A DNA stretch of 63,974 nt, counting the filler, from Octopus bimaculoides (taxonomy: Eukaryota), in the NCBI RefSeq assembly GCF_001194135.2. It is 6 parts of 5 records of this genome, joined end to end, with 100 filler letters (N's around TTAATTAATTAA, not from the genome) between each part and the next. Parts side by side here need not be neighbours in the genome. Positions count along the whole stretch, not along the records: positions 46,738 to 54,826 come from NC_069001.1; positions 54,927 to 63,974 come from NC_068988.1; 4 more parts are not named here. One strand, given 5' to 3'. Positions within the stretch are counted from its first letter, which is position 1, and each line of letters begins with the position of its first letter. Positions 48,521-61,512 of the stretch are shown here, piece by piece. The notes under the pieces are model-generated. The model saw nothing but the letters and a program-made list of their open reading frames with translations. It ran no database searches and was not told where the DNA came from. Both the position numbers and the translations under genes were made by a program.

Positions 48521-50140
48521 TAATATGACAGATAAAATATTAACATGTACAATAATTATAATGAGAATGAGAGAAAGTGTACAAATATTGTAAACAAGTG
48601 TAAAAAGATTAGAAATTTAAAATGATATTTTGAAAAATGTTGGACAAATCTTTTGCGACAATGCATACCTTATATTCTCTACAGTAAGCATTGCTTTCCT
48701 ATTTTGTGAAGAACTGCTCTTGGAAGGAATTCCAGTCGTTACGAACATATTATAAGATAAATGCCATAAAACTTCAAGTATAAAATGAACATACACAGAT
48801 TTTGTTTCGTTTTCTCTTTTGACAAACGATTAATGCCCTGAGACATCTTTCAAATGCTGTTCCTGGTAAAACATAATACTTATGTGAATCTAACAGCAGT
48901 GCAGCTCTGCTAAGACGTGATATAAGCATAGAACCTTATTCAAATACATTCTATACCAGTGGTGTCGATATCACCTTTGAAGCTCACGAGAGCGCATTGG
49001 CTATTGTTAAATGCATAATAAGACATTTAGTGACAACTCAGTAGATATTTAAAGATCTTCAGGTTGTTTTCAGTGATTACTTTTTGCAGTAGGTGGCAAA
49101 ATAAATGGAACACTGATTCATTCATTGAAACATTCTATTAATAATTAAACATTAGATGTAATCAACTTCGCGTAGGATGACATAGGATATAATGTATTAT
49201 AATTAATCATCAGCTTATTTGACTTCGGGGTTGGCGTCCAGATATTATGCAACAAACATCTTATGGTTTGAAGTAAATTTCTCGAAAATTTGATAATTGC
49301 AATACGGGGTCAACATAGCGGAATTTTGTTTATTTCCAATTACACTTACGACTTATAAACAATAATTCTATAATCATTCGGCAAATATGCAAGGAGAAAA
49401 TTATGCAACAAGGTTATGCTTCAACACGTCTCACCAAGACAGATAACAGGTCACAGAAGAGAAAGTTTATTTGCAGAGAACCAGCAGATACGGTTGCGTG
49501 AATATATTTACGTATTCATGTGTGCGTCTTTTTGTTTGTTTGTATGTATGCATGTATGTATATATGTATGCATGTATACATGTATGAATGCATGCATTGA
49601 TGTCAGCTTGTATGCGTGTATATATGCATGGGTGTTTGCTATGGTCTTATTTTTGTCTCCAATAAAAAAGGATCAGGTTCCAATCCCAAATTGTGATTCG
49701 TTCATTGGAATTTTGTCATCTTCTGGATAATCATGTAATTATGAACTCATTTATTTATTTCTAAATTGATGTGTGTATCTATGCATCGGTGCATGTAGGT
49801 AGGTGTGTTTGATAATATGTATGCATACATCTGTAAGCAAATAATTATATCTAAACGAATGCTTATATGTATGTATATATCTGCGTGAATATTTGTATCT
49901 TTTCAAAGTTCCTGTATGTTCTATTTACACTATTGGTGCAGATGTTACTTTGTGAAATATGTTAGGTCACAGGATGCACTCACAATCTTGTATTTTAAAT
50001 GCTGGCTAAAAGCAAAATTCTTATAAATTTACACTTAGTTAAAAAGTTATTATTGCGTTCATAACTCTTTTCAAAATTAGTCCAGAGAGAATCTGTGCAT
50101 AAGAGTTTCAAAGGTTAAGTTATGGATTTTGAGCTTTATC

Positions 50141-50213
<73 letters not shown>

Positions 50214-50344
50214 TATCTATCTCTCTCTCTCTCTCTCTCCCCATATATGTACAAATATATCGCATAACTGATATCCAAGCAACATTTCGAAAAATATGCA
50301 GACGAATATGAACACATATTTATCCTTAATACTGACGTGTATAT

Positions 50345-50712
50345 TACGAGCAATCCCGCAGAAAGTGCAGTTTTCTATCAAGGAGTAACATATAACTTCA
50401 ATATTAATAATGAAAGGGTAAAATTAATTAGTTAATTAATCAATCAATTAATTAATAACTTTACGAAGTAGACAAATATTCTATAATTCTAAAATAATAA
50501 TAATTAGGGGTCGGATAATTGCTTCACCCAGCACTGAACTTATAGAATATTTACATAATTTTATCTAAAAGGTTTTTTTAATGTACCGATCTACTTGGTA
50601 AAATTACAAATCATTAATTAATTAATTAATTAATTTTACCCTTTCCTTATTAATACTGAAATTATAATTTACTCCTTGATCGAAAATTGCACTTTCTGAG
50701 GGATTGCTCGTA
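50345..50712. mobile_element. MITE with ~110-bp terminal inverted repeats
   Basis: TACGAGCAATCCCGCAGAAAGTGCAG... / ...TTGCACTTTCTGAGGGATTGCTCGTA. TA termini, AT-rich core. A related fragment lies at ~51030-51110. Confidence 0.85.
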
Positions 50713-51113
50713 GCATACACGTGGGTATTAAGGATAAATATTCGTTCACATTCGACTGTATATTTTTGGAAGTGCTGGTTGGATATCAGTTATGCGATGG
50801 TGCTGGATCGCGTACCTTTTCAATTCTAGCACTCTCAAATTTATATTTGAAATACTGCACTGAAAAGTTGAAGTGAGGAAGTAAATATAATTTTAATTTT
50901 AATCCCGAAACACGTATGTAGCTAATCTGAGTCGTGTGGATTCGCTATTTTTTCTTTTTGCCTACCAGAGAATGTGTGTTACTATCCCGGAGGTGTTTAC
51001 GGTAGCAGAAAAGGAATTTTAACTCCTATTTCTAAATACCGATCTACTTGGTAAAATTATTAATTATTAATTAATTATTTGATTAACTAATTAATTATTT
51101 AATTTTACCCTTT

Positions 51114-51151
<38 letters not shown>

Positions 51152-51155
<4 letters not shown>

Positions 51156-51345
51156 GAGAATATACAAATAATAACAACAGACGAGGACAGGTGGTGTAAA
51201 TAACAAAAGTATATATTAGTATGACGCTCGGGAATACGGAAAGTCTTTGACGTTTCGAGCTACGCTCTTCAACAGAAAGAATACGGAGACAAGGAGAAAA
51301 ACACGGAGAAAAAAAATTGAATAGTGTTCAGTCAACGGTCAAATA
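51152..51345 (-). mobile_element. ~190-bp Penelope-type HHR unit embedded between two (TA)n arrays
   Basis: (TA)n at 51118-51152 and from ~51342. Homologous to 10840-10975. Confidence 0.7.
51244..51280 (-). ncRNA. Minimal type I hammerhead ribozyme motif (core variant CUGUUGA)
   Basis: UCUUU-CUGUUGA-A-GAGC(GUA)GCUC-GAAAC-GUC-AAAGA. Perfect 5-bp stem I, 4-bp stem II, palindromic ACGU stem III. A6 is U. Confidence 0.8.
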
Positions 51346-52719
51346 TATATATATATATACACACATATATCTATACACATATGTATGTATGTATGTATGT
51401 ATTTATCTCTGTATGAATTTATCGGTGTGTTTGTGTTTGTAAGTTGATGGTCTATTTGTGTCCTTTGGAGGCGTGTTACACAACTACACTTCTATACTTA
51501 CTCTTTTCCTTTTCGTTTACTGTCAAGTGCTAAAAGTTTTGCCGTACATCTACTACTATCATCTCATATCTGCCATCAACTTAAAAGAAGCTCTGTTTGT
51601 TTGTACATATGTGTATATCTGTATATGCAAACGTACGCCCGCACACCCACACATACACACACACACACACAAATATATGCATATATATATATATATATGT
51701 GTTTACATGCATGTTTGTATTTATATACTTATGCACAAACTCATACATAGATGCACACACATTTGCGTATGTATGTATTTGTTTATGACTGTATGTTTGT
51801 GTGCGTAAGATTGAGCTGGTGTTCACATACAATTTATGTTAGGAGCATATGTTTTATTCAGTCAGTTGTTAGTCCGAGAGGAACACGATCTAAACCTGAA
51901 CCGATACTGATTAATCAACCGTAGGACGTGACTATTTCTGGGGAAATCAAACACAAATTGCGTCCATCTTGTATATTTGTGTTGTTCTCTTTTTATATTG
52001 CCTCACATAAATATAGCGTTTTTTTCCTGTTCTTTTTTACTGGGAATGGCCAATAATATTTCATGAATCTATTAAATATCCAATAATAATTTCTGTACTG
52101 TATAAAGAGGAAAATAACACTGAGATGCATTCTCACAATGGATGTTAAAAAGAAATAAACAGAAATATGATTCAATTACGAGATTTATTTTGTTACTATA
52201 TATAATTATTAACACTCTTTTTATCAACGATCGGGATAGTGAATCGGTATAATCGATAGCGCGTCGAACAAAATGATCTGCTTTATTTTCTTACATCCTA
52301 GTACATTCGGCGTTCGAATCCTGTTAGATATTACCGTTGCTGTTTAAAAGTCTGTGATCGATATGTTATTATGGTAAGTAATTCTAATAATATAATGTGT
52401 TCATAATTTTAAATTATTTAAATAAACAGCAAATAAAATTCATTGTGCTAACTTTGGAAATGAATAATATTATTAATATAATTATTAATCTTATTTGCAA
52501 TGCGTCAGTATCGTTACTGCGCCCGACAAAATGTTTCACGGCATTTGCTACGATTATTTACATAAACAAAATTAAATTCCTCCGAGATCCGCTGTGCCTA
52601 TAGACATTTCGGCGTTGACAAAATAAAGCATCAGAGAAGCACTGGAATCGATATCATCGACTAAACCCTCCTGCTAAAATGAATGGCCTTGTGTCAAAAT
52701 TTGAAATCATTATGAAGGC

Positions 52720-53277
52720 TGTGAGCTTGCAAAATTGGTGGCGCACCGAGCAAAATATTCTGTAGCATTTTGTCCCTCTTTAAGTTCTGAGCTCAAATTC
52801 TGCTGAGATCGACTTTGCCTTTCATAATTTCGGGGCCGATAAAATAGGTAACGATTTAACCCTTCCCAGAAATTGCTGGCTTCCTGCCCAAATCTTAAAT
52901 CAATATTTCGTCCGTCTAAGGCGCCGAACTGGCAGAACGTTCAGCAGGTCGGTTAAAAGATTTAACGCCATTTCCTTCCTCTTTACATTCGGAGTACAAA
53001 TTTCGTCGAGATCTGCTTTGTCTTTCGGGGTCAGCAACATAAATACCAGTTGAAGAATGGGGGTCGATATAATCGACTTAAAACCCTTTCCCCGAAATTG
53101 CGTATCTGAAGCCAAAATTTGAAACGACAATTTCAGTTATCATTCTGTGACATTATTACTTTTCATCCTTTTCAGGTCGATCAAATAAGCACACCTGAAC
53201 ACTGGAGTCGATGTAATTGACTTGCATCCCACCCATTTAAATTTCAGTCTTTGGTGCCTAACTCAGAAAGATGTTAT
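52720..53277 (+). mobile_element. Three diverged family C SINE copies in head-to-tail succession
   Basis: The core TTTCGGGG(C/T)CGATAAAATA..TCGAT..AATCGACT recurs at ~52830, 53025 and 53170. Confidence 0.7.
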
Positions 53278-53891
53278 CTTCTTCGGGACGTACCGTCCTG
53301 AGTTGAAACACCGTGGTCAAATTCGCTTTCCTGTTTTCAAGGGTTATATTGAGTTACACTCAGTAAATGGAGCTGGCTTAATTAAATATAGCCACTCCCA
53401 CTCTTTATCGAACTTGACATGTTTTTGTACATTTATTAGGAAATATATTATTATTGTTTGCTTCATCCACCGATTTCTGGTTATTGTGATACTTATTGAA
53501 ACCATCAAGAAGTTTAGCGTCATCACCACCACCTCCTCCAACTCCTCCACCTCCTCCTCCTCCTCCTCATTATCATCATCATCATCGTCGTCCTCATCAT
53601 CACCAGGAACTTCAGAAGCATCGTCGCCATCACCAACTGACAACACCGCCGTCATTGAAGAACACCACCCATCACAACCAACACCATATTAATCTTCATT
53701 ATCACTATCAAAGCCACACATTTCACTACTACCAACCACAACCACCACCACCACCACCACCACTGCCACCACAACAGCAACAACAACGCCGTCACTACTA
53801 CCTCTACGAAACTACTGATTACTGGCTTCATTCTTTTCAAAGCCGTCATCTTTATGACTATTTTAGTCAATTATTATGGTAATAATTAGAG

Positions 53892-53924
<33 letters not shown>

Positions 53925-54018
53925 ATTATTATTATTATTATTATCATCATTATTATTGTTTATTTATTTATTTTCTGGTTATTGTAATACAACTCCTTAC
54001 AATAATTTTGTTGCCATA

Positions 54019-54062
<44 letters not shown>

Positions 54063-54187
54063 GTGTGTGTGTGTGTGTGCGCATATGTGTGTTTGTATGT
54101 GTATATGTGTTTATCTTTTTGTATGAATGTGTGTATATTTTTACCGTACAAATCCGTATTTACATATTTATTTTATTTTCATTTTTA

Positions 54188-54228
<41 letters not shown>

Positions 54229-54775
54229 GTTGTTGTTTTTGTTGTTGTTATGTTCATTATGTTGGGAATACATCAAAAATACTGATCTAAAAGAATAGAG
54301 ATTTAAATATAGTTTGGCTCTACATAGCATAAATATGTCTTGAAGTGAAAATAATTTCTTTCAAGCTTCCACTTGATACGTTTCTCTTATTCTCCTTTTT
54401 CATTTAATACGTTTTCAGAATAATATGTCATTTTTACCTTCTTTGCTTTATCTAACCAACGTACATACACAAGCCGTTTGGGTTGCTAGCGTGATAGGAA
54501 TGGTTAATAGCAGATGCGTCTTTGTGTATTTATTATCAACAGAATCGAAGCTAATTTAAATAAACTTTCATGTTTTATCCTGAAAAGCAAAGAAATACGA
54601 AATCATGATGTGGTAAATCCACGAAGAATACCGAAAAAATGAAACTATTCATATCTTATTCAGTATAATATTTCTTTCTTAGTGATGCAAATATAAAAAT
54701 CAATAAAAAAAAGTGAATCAATAATACTTTAAATGAAAACATGCATGTATGTATGTATGTATGTATGTATGTATG

Positions 54776-54826
<51 letters not shown>

Positions 54827-55264
54827 NNNNNNNNNNNNNNNNNNNNNNNNNNNNNNNNNNNNNNNNNNNNTTAATTAATTAANNNNNNNNNNNNNNNNNN
54901 NNNNNNNNNNNNNNNNNNNNNNNNNNACATATTTCCTGAAATTGCAAATTATTTAAAATATAAAAATATAATTTTCAACAGAGAGAATTTATCAAAATAG
55001 AAAACAAATGAAGTCTGAATTTTAAAAATAATAGGATCGACCACTCACGACTAGCTAGCGCGGACGCGCGAACTTTCGAGTAATAGATAGAGAGACAGAC
55101 AGACAGACATATAGCTCACTCCAGCCAGTCATGGTATTAGCTGTCAGTAGCCAAAGAATCGACAGGCCAGCAACAGGCAGGCAGACAGGCAGACAGGCAG
55201 ACAGACAGATACTTCACTAGCAGTGAGCACTTTCACTTCTGACAGCTAATAGCATGATAGTGCC

Positions 55265-55420
55265 AATGAAATATACAGAATAAAGAATTATCTATGGACT
55301 GCAGTTTCGAACATTAACGTTTTACTTACGTAACGACATCCGTGTTCTCATCAGCGTAGACGGTCTAGAATCAATATAATTTGCAGAACTATACACAAAT
55401 CGTCTTCATGACGCATAAAG
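55265..55420 (-). mobile_element. HHR-bearing terminal repeat, long-stem-II family
   Basis: Flanks (TGTGTATAGTTCTGCAAATTATATTGA upstream; TAATTCTTTATTCTGTATATTTCATT downstream) match the 63.3 and 63.7 kb copies. Confidence 0.7.
55291..55360 (-). ncRNA. Type I hammerhead ribozyme, fully canonical core
   Basis: UCUACG-CUGAUGA-GAACA(29 nt)UGUUC-GAAAC-UGCA-GUC-CAUAGA. Stem I 5 of 6 pairs, stem III palindrome ACUGCAGU. Predicted cleavage between 55297 and 55296. Confidence 0.88.
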
Positions 55421-55885
55421 AAAAAAAATATGTATACATATATGTATACAACAATGTAAAGTTACAATTGGATGTAAAGTTACAATTGGACGCAGGCAGC
55501 GACATTTCAATCATTAACAGAGATACATGGGAAAAGATTGAGACCTAGGTTAAATGAAACTTCAAAAATTGCCCGTGGTGTTTCAGGAAAAAAAATTTTA
55601 TGTGCGAATTGATAAATATGATCACATTTCATGAGTAAACCTTACACGCTAAAGTTTTTGGTTAAATAATACAACAAACTCACTGTTAACTGCTACCAAC
55701 ACGAACTGCCAACCGCTCACAGTTCTTTTCCACTTTTGAGAATCGAACTCCGCTCCCAGTTTTAATATCTTACATTTAGGGTTCAATTTCAATGTTTCTG
55801 TGTCTTTCCGGTTCGTGTAATAATAATGGTAGTGCGTCTGTATATATTTTTTCTTCCTGCTTCGTTTTATTATATAACCAATATA

Positions 55886-55933
<48 letters not shown>

Positions 55934-57633
55934 GTGTCTGTGTATACACCACTTGAAAAGAGGTGCTCTCGGTAATGAACGACTCACAAAACTGTCATAT
56001 TTACATTAATTGCCTAAAATTGCACGTCAGTACCGTACTTGCTTCAGTTTTAACAGGCTGTCTCTGCTACTATCACTTGTAGAGAAGCTATAGAGATATA
56101 TATGGGGGGTCGGTAAACGGTGGGGAAATAGATACAGGGTATCTATATTTAATATTGTGCCTAGAAGTATCCACATATGATGTGACTTATTTATGGTAAA
56201 AATCAGTTGTTTCCTATCACATTTTCTATAGTGTAGGCGGTGTGCTATTGACTGAACCGAATTGATAAAACCGAATCCTGGATTTCTAGGGTGAAAAAAA
56301 GAGGAAACTAACAAGAGCAAGTGACGTTACTGTTTTCAAAAGTAAAATCAAGTAATTGATTTTATTAAACTTGCATGACATTAGTAAATATTTCATGCAT
56401 TTAGACAATTATAGTTATGGTGTTTGCATGGGAATCATACCATTCTGCTTTGATGTGCTTCTGGATCTTTCTGGATGTGTATACATGAATTTTTGAGTGT
56501 ACGTATATTTTTTTTTCTGTGTTTGTGTGTGTAATATGCATGTGAACGTGAATCAAGTAAACAAACTTTTCGGTGTGTGTTGCTGTATGGTATTATCAAG
56601 GAAGTAAATTGATAGATTAGCGATAAGTTAAGAGACCGGATAAAGGATAATGGTCATTCTCGTAAGGAGTTAATGCATTGTAAATCTTTTAAGTAGGTTA
56701 TTTTATGTAAGACATATAGTGCACTAATGGACAGAAAGTCAGTAATGAAGGTTAAGTATCTCTATAATACGCTGAGATTTTAAGATGATGCACGTAGCTG
56801 ATTCAACTTAATGCCTGGTAGCGCATGCTTTTATCTTGTATTTAAATATAAATTCATTATACAATTCTGCTAAGTTTAAACCGAAGCCGTTTAATTTTCG
56901 TTTGTCCGTTGTTATGTAAGCTGTGTCTCACTTGAGGTGAAGTTTTACGAATTTAATGTCACACAAAATCGCCTATTTTGTGGAGAATTCTACTGAACTG
57001 CGTATAGAAAGTGCTTTGTACTATAATATAAGTAATATAAATACATTATAAACTGTACTCTAGCTCTTCTTCAACTAACATATATTGAATAACCTTCTTT
57101 TGTTTTCTTTTTTTTTTTTTTGATGTAGTAGCTGTTGAGTAGTCTAGGACTTGAGTTCAATAATTCCGGCTATTTCCCATTTATATGAAACTATACAATT
57201 TACTTGTATTAGTTAGAGGAATGTAAACCTCATAATATGATCATGTCAAGAACGTTGTCAAGAGGTTAATAAAGTGGCACTGATTGACAGTGGTTTCGTT
57301 TACCTTATATCTCTAAAGGCTTTGTGCGTATTTCATGTTATATATTAATAGACAGATGTACTTTTATCGAGAGTAAACAGTTTGAATCATTGTCCTCAAA
57401 TATCACATTTTACCAAGCTGGTACATGATAGTGTTTCTGCCCTACAGTTTCAACTAACGAAAACTCGTCAATTATAGTGTCGATGTATCTTATACATTCA
57501 AACTAATTAACTTGAGAATGTTGTATTTAAATTTATTGTAGAGATCAGTCGAAGGCAAATACATGATGGAAGAAAAGTTACGCACCAAAACAAAGGACAT
57601 TTTATAATTTAGTTGTTATTGCTGTTGTTGTTG

Positions 57634-57697
<64 letters not shown>

Positions 57698-58334
57698 TTT
57701 TCTTCATTATGTACAAGTATGTGTATATTCATCATTATTTTATTTATTTTATTCAAATGTAGTAAAACTGAAGCACGTTGTTGACAATTCCGAAGCGTAA
57801 GGAACTTATTCTAAGCGCGACTTTTTGCCAAACCTGTATGTTAAACAGTAATCACAAGCAGAATATGGCTCTTTCATTGATCGGCAAACATTGAACCTGA
57901 GCTTTTCATCCGGCTTTTTTTATAATCTCGTCAACCGCAACGAAATATGAAAGTACTCCTAACTACAAGCTGTCAAGTGCACACATTTACACGCTATGTA
58001 CTCCGGCATCAATTTAATGACTGTGAACCCATTCTATAAGCTCAATATAGAATGGTGTATATACACCATTTGCCAATATGCGAAGTATATTCGCCGTGAC
58101 AAAACGCAGTGAATAGCTTTTTCCCCAGTTCGAACGCGCCTCAAGCATATTTGGACTTATTATAACATTGCAAACATAGAAAGATATCCTAACATTTGAT
58201 GTGCTTTTCCAAACTGATCTTTTCACCTAGTGCTGTGGACAAAATTCTACACGTAACTACTTATTCTCTGAAATCTTTCTCAATATATAGGCTTAATAAC
58301 TCCATCATGGCCATCCGTAATCGTTGAAATAATA

Positions 58335-58406
<72 letters not shown>

Positions 58407-58424
58407 TTGATAATAATACTTTCT

Positions 58425-58630
58425 AGAATAGACACAAGACCTTAGATTTATAAGAAGGGAACTGGTCGAATACATCGATCCCAGTGTTTCAATGGTACTT
58501 CATTTATCGATCTCGAAAGGATGAAAGGCAAAGTTGACCTCGGTGAAATTTGAACTCAGAAAGTAGCAGCAGACGAAATACTGTTAAGCATTTTGCCCGG
58601 CATGCTAATGATTCTGCCATCTCGGCAACT
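58425..58630 (-). mobile_element. SINE family C
   Basis: GACACAAGACC..CGATCCCAGTG..GAAAGGATGAAAGGCAAAG..GAAATTTGAACTC..CTGCCATCTCG. Confidence 0.82.
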
Positions 58631-58639
58631 TTAATTACT

Positions 58640-59515
58640 TATTAATATTAAAGGTGGGGAACCACCACCACCAGCAGTAACACTACCACCAGCCGGAGTA
58701 CTACCACCACCACCAGCAGTAACACTACCACCAGCCGGAGTACTAACACCGCCAGTAGCAGTAATCCCACCACCAACAGCTACTGCAGCAGAAGCAACAG
58801 CAACAAATGGACCTCAACAAAACCAAAATCTAGAGATTATCCCCCGTCCCGACCCAAACAGCTCGGATTGTTCGAGTACTGAGGTCGAGAGGGGGATTGA
58901 CTGACAATCACCACAACCCCCCAAAAAAGAAAGAAAAGATTAAAGAGACAATAGAAAGGAAAGGGGGACGCAAAGAAACGGAACTTCCCAACAGCAGCAA
59001 TACACACACACAACAGCCAACAACAACATCACTTCCCCCAACAATACTACCTCAAGTACAACGTACAGCACAAGCACACTCCACATAACCCACCAACGTC
59101 ACAGTCATCAACACAGACAACGTAAATCTTGTCACACACCTCAGAGAAAAGACAATCTCCAAAATGGAAGACTCTGTCTTCCCAACACACAACGCACCAC
59201 CACCACACATACAAATATTAAAAATCACGCAGCAAACATACAACACATTAAAAATAATCTTTCCAGAAGCTGCTGGGGCTTTCCCAAAAACTTCAAGAAC
59301 CTCGTGGAAATACCCACATCAATAACCGAGGAAACTTCCATACAAGACAACAGTGGTAAGTAGAGCTCTTCTCCGTCCTAAATATTTATTGTTATCATGG
59401 TGATGCTCAGAATAGGTTGCATAAATTTCAGGGACCTCGGGTCGCCTTGAAAACAAGGCCACGTTTTGAATGACTTGAGGTCCCTTAGTGTAGACGTAGT
59501 AGCCATTTGTGAACA
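58640..59515 (+). mobile_element. L1/Tx1-like LINE fragment: ORF1 low-complexity C-terminus and start of ORF2 APE endonuclease
   Basis: At ~59403 it reads MLRIGCINFRDLGSP*KQGHVLNDLRSLSVDVVAICE (APE N-terminal N.RGL..D...QE pattern). Upstream is a Pro/Ala/Thr-rich frame with a 2x 42-bp repeat (58642-58725). Confidence 0.6.
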
Positions 59516-60500
59516 TTAGTGAACGAGAGGAAAATTATTATATAGATATATTAGAGCTGAAAGCGAGTTATCAAAATTTTACACCGGATTTATTATCCAC
59601 TGGTTCAGTCCAGCATCGTCAACACATAATGGCAATGAAAGTGTTGTGGTTACTAAACGTTGGAACAAATCTAGTTTTGACCAAATTAGAGGTAATATCC
59701 ATCCGTAGAGCATGCAAGCAATAACCACCTACCCAATTTTTCTTTCAAAGCTTGGTTCTACACTGCACTTGTTCAATGCGGGTTTGAGCCTGGATGCACT
59801 TGATTACAATGCGAACTTTGGAACTCACGTTTATAACTACTATGAATCGATGTAAAACAACTAGCGGGTAAAAAATTTGAAAATGAGTGTACTTATTAAA
59901 ATAAGGTTGATTTTCTTTCTTGGTGAAACGGATTAGATATCAACATAAAAATCAGACGAAAGGATTAAATAATTGTAACAAACAGCCAAAATCGTTCGGA
60001 GAGATTATTGTCATTTATCAATTTACTCCCAGGCCAGCGATAATCCACTACAGATATTTTTAATCATATATCGCAATTTTTTTCAAGCATATAAAATGTA
60101 TTTTCCAAAGTTGTTTTCTATTGTTCAAGGGTTTAGAGAATTACTGGTACTATTTCTAGAAGATCAGCGTAGAGAGTTCCCCATATTCAATACTTCGCTT
60201 TCTCATACGATTCTAATTTAAAATATCTCGATGGTTACACATGTTTCAATGTGTATCAATGAATTAGAGATCATGCATATAGCGTATTGAGAATATAACC
60301 AGCAAAATTCTATAAATAAGTTAATTCGACAGACAGATAGCATCTTAACAGAAGAGTAATATTTCGGAAAAGTGCTCTAAATATATTATATCATTAAGAA
60401 AACGAAAGGAAATAGCCGGGAGGCTAACACATCGGTGACTTAAACATGTTTATTACAATAATAATATCATTTGAGACATAGCTGAAACTAATAAACCTAA

Positions 60501-60537
<37 letters not shown>

Positions 60538-60548
60538 CGTGTGGTGTG

Positions 60549-60605
<57 letters not shown>

Positions 60606-60739
60606 CCATGCACATGTGTGTGTGCATGTGTGCATGTATATGTATGAATGTTTAAATGTATTTGTTTGTGTGATTATGTCGCTGTGTGTGCGTTTCTCTG
60701 TATGCATGTCTGCGTCTGTGGTGTGTGTGTGTGTGTGTC

Positions 60740-60820
<81 letters not shown>

Positions 60821-61443
60821 CTGTGTATGCATGTGTGTGTGTGGGTATGTGTGTCTGTGTGTACCAGTATTTGCGTGTGTATGTAAGTATATGCATGCAT
60901 GTGTAACAGAATATGATCTAATACATGAACGGAATTTTCCCTGAAGCATTTATTCGATATAATTGACCTCAGTTTCGTTACTTTTATGCAATTTGCTAGT
61001 TAATATATTAAGCTTTATGTTGTAGAGTTTAATTCAATTAGCAGCATGAGAAATATACACTTTGAATTTATTGGCGTCGTTAGTTTGATTTTCCATCATG
61101 ATGAGGTATTAATAGTTTCTACAAGCTACAGTCTGCTTCCAGCACGCATAATGGTTCTTAAACACAGACGATATTACAAAGTGTTGTTGCTATGTAGGTG
61201 TAAATAATTTGGGTATGTATGTAGATAGATAGACAGATAAACAGCCAGAAAGACAGACAGACAGACATATGCATATGCACAGACACACAAACAGATGCAT
61301 ACAGGCACACGCGCGCATGTATATATATTGTTTACATTTGAAGTGGAACCAGGATGGGTCACTGGGCCTATTATTGTATACGTGTGTGCAGGTATGAACA
61401 TAAGTTTGGTAATTTACAACCAGCCACCCACGTATTGATACAT

Positions 61444-61507
<64 letters not shown>

Positions 61508-61512
<5 letters not shown>

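Noticed and set aside
48640-49130. Possible small exons in unique sequence (also 42870-43140, 43790-43930)
   Set aside because: Short open frames with plausible splice dinucleotides but no recognisable protein similarity. Not supportable without RNA-seq.
53222-53882. Ser-rich and Pro/His/Gln-rich ORFs as a host exon
   Set aside because: They are built from (CCT/CAT/CAC)n runs and a SINE fragment, have no recognisable domain, and similar tracts occur at 32.4-33 kb.
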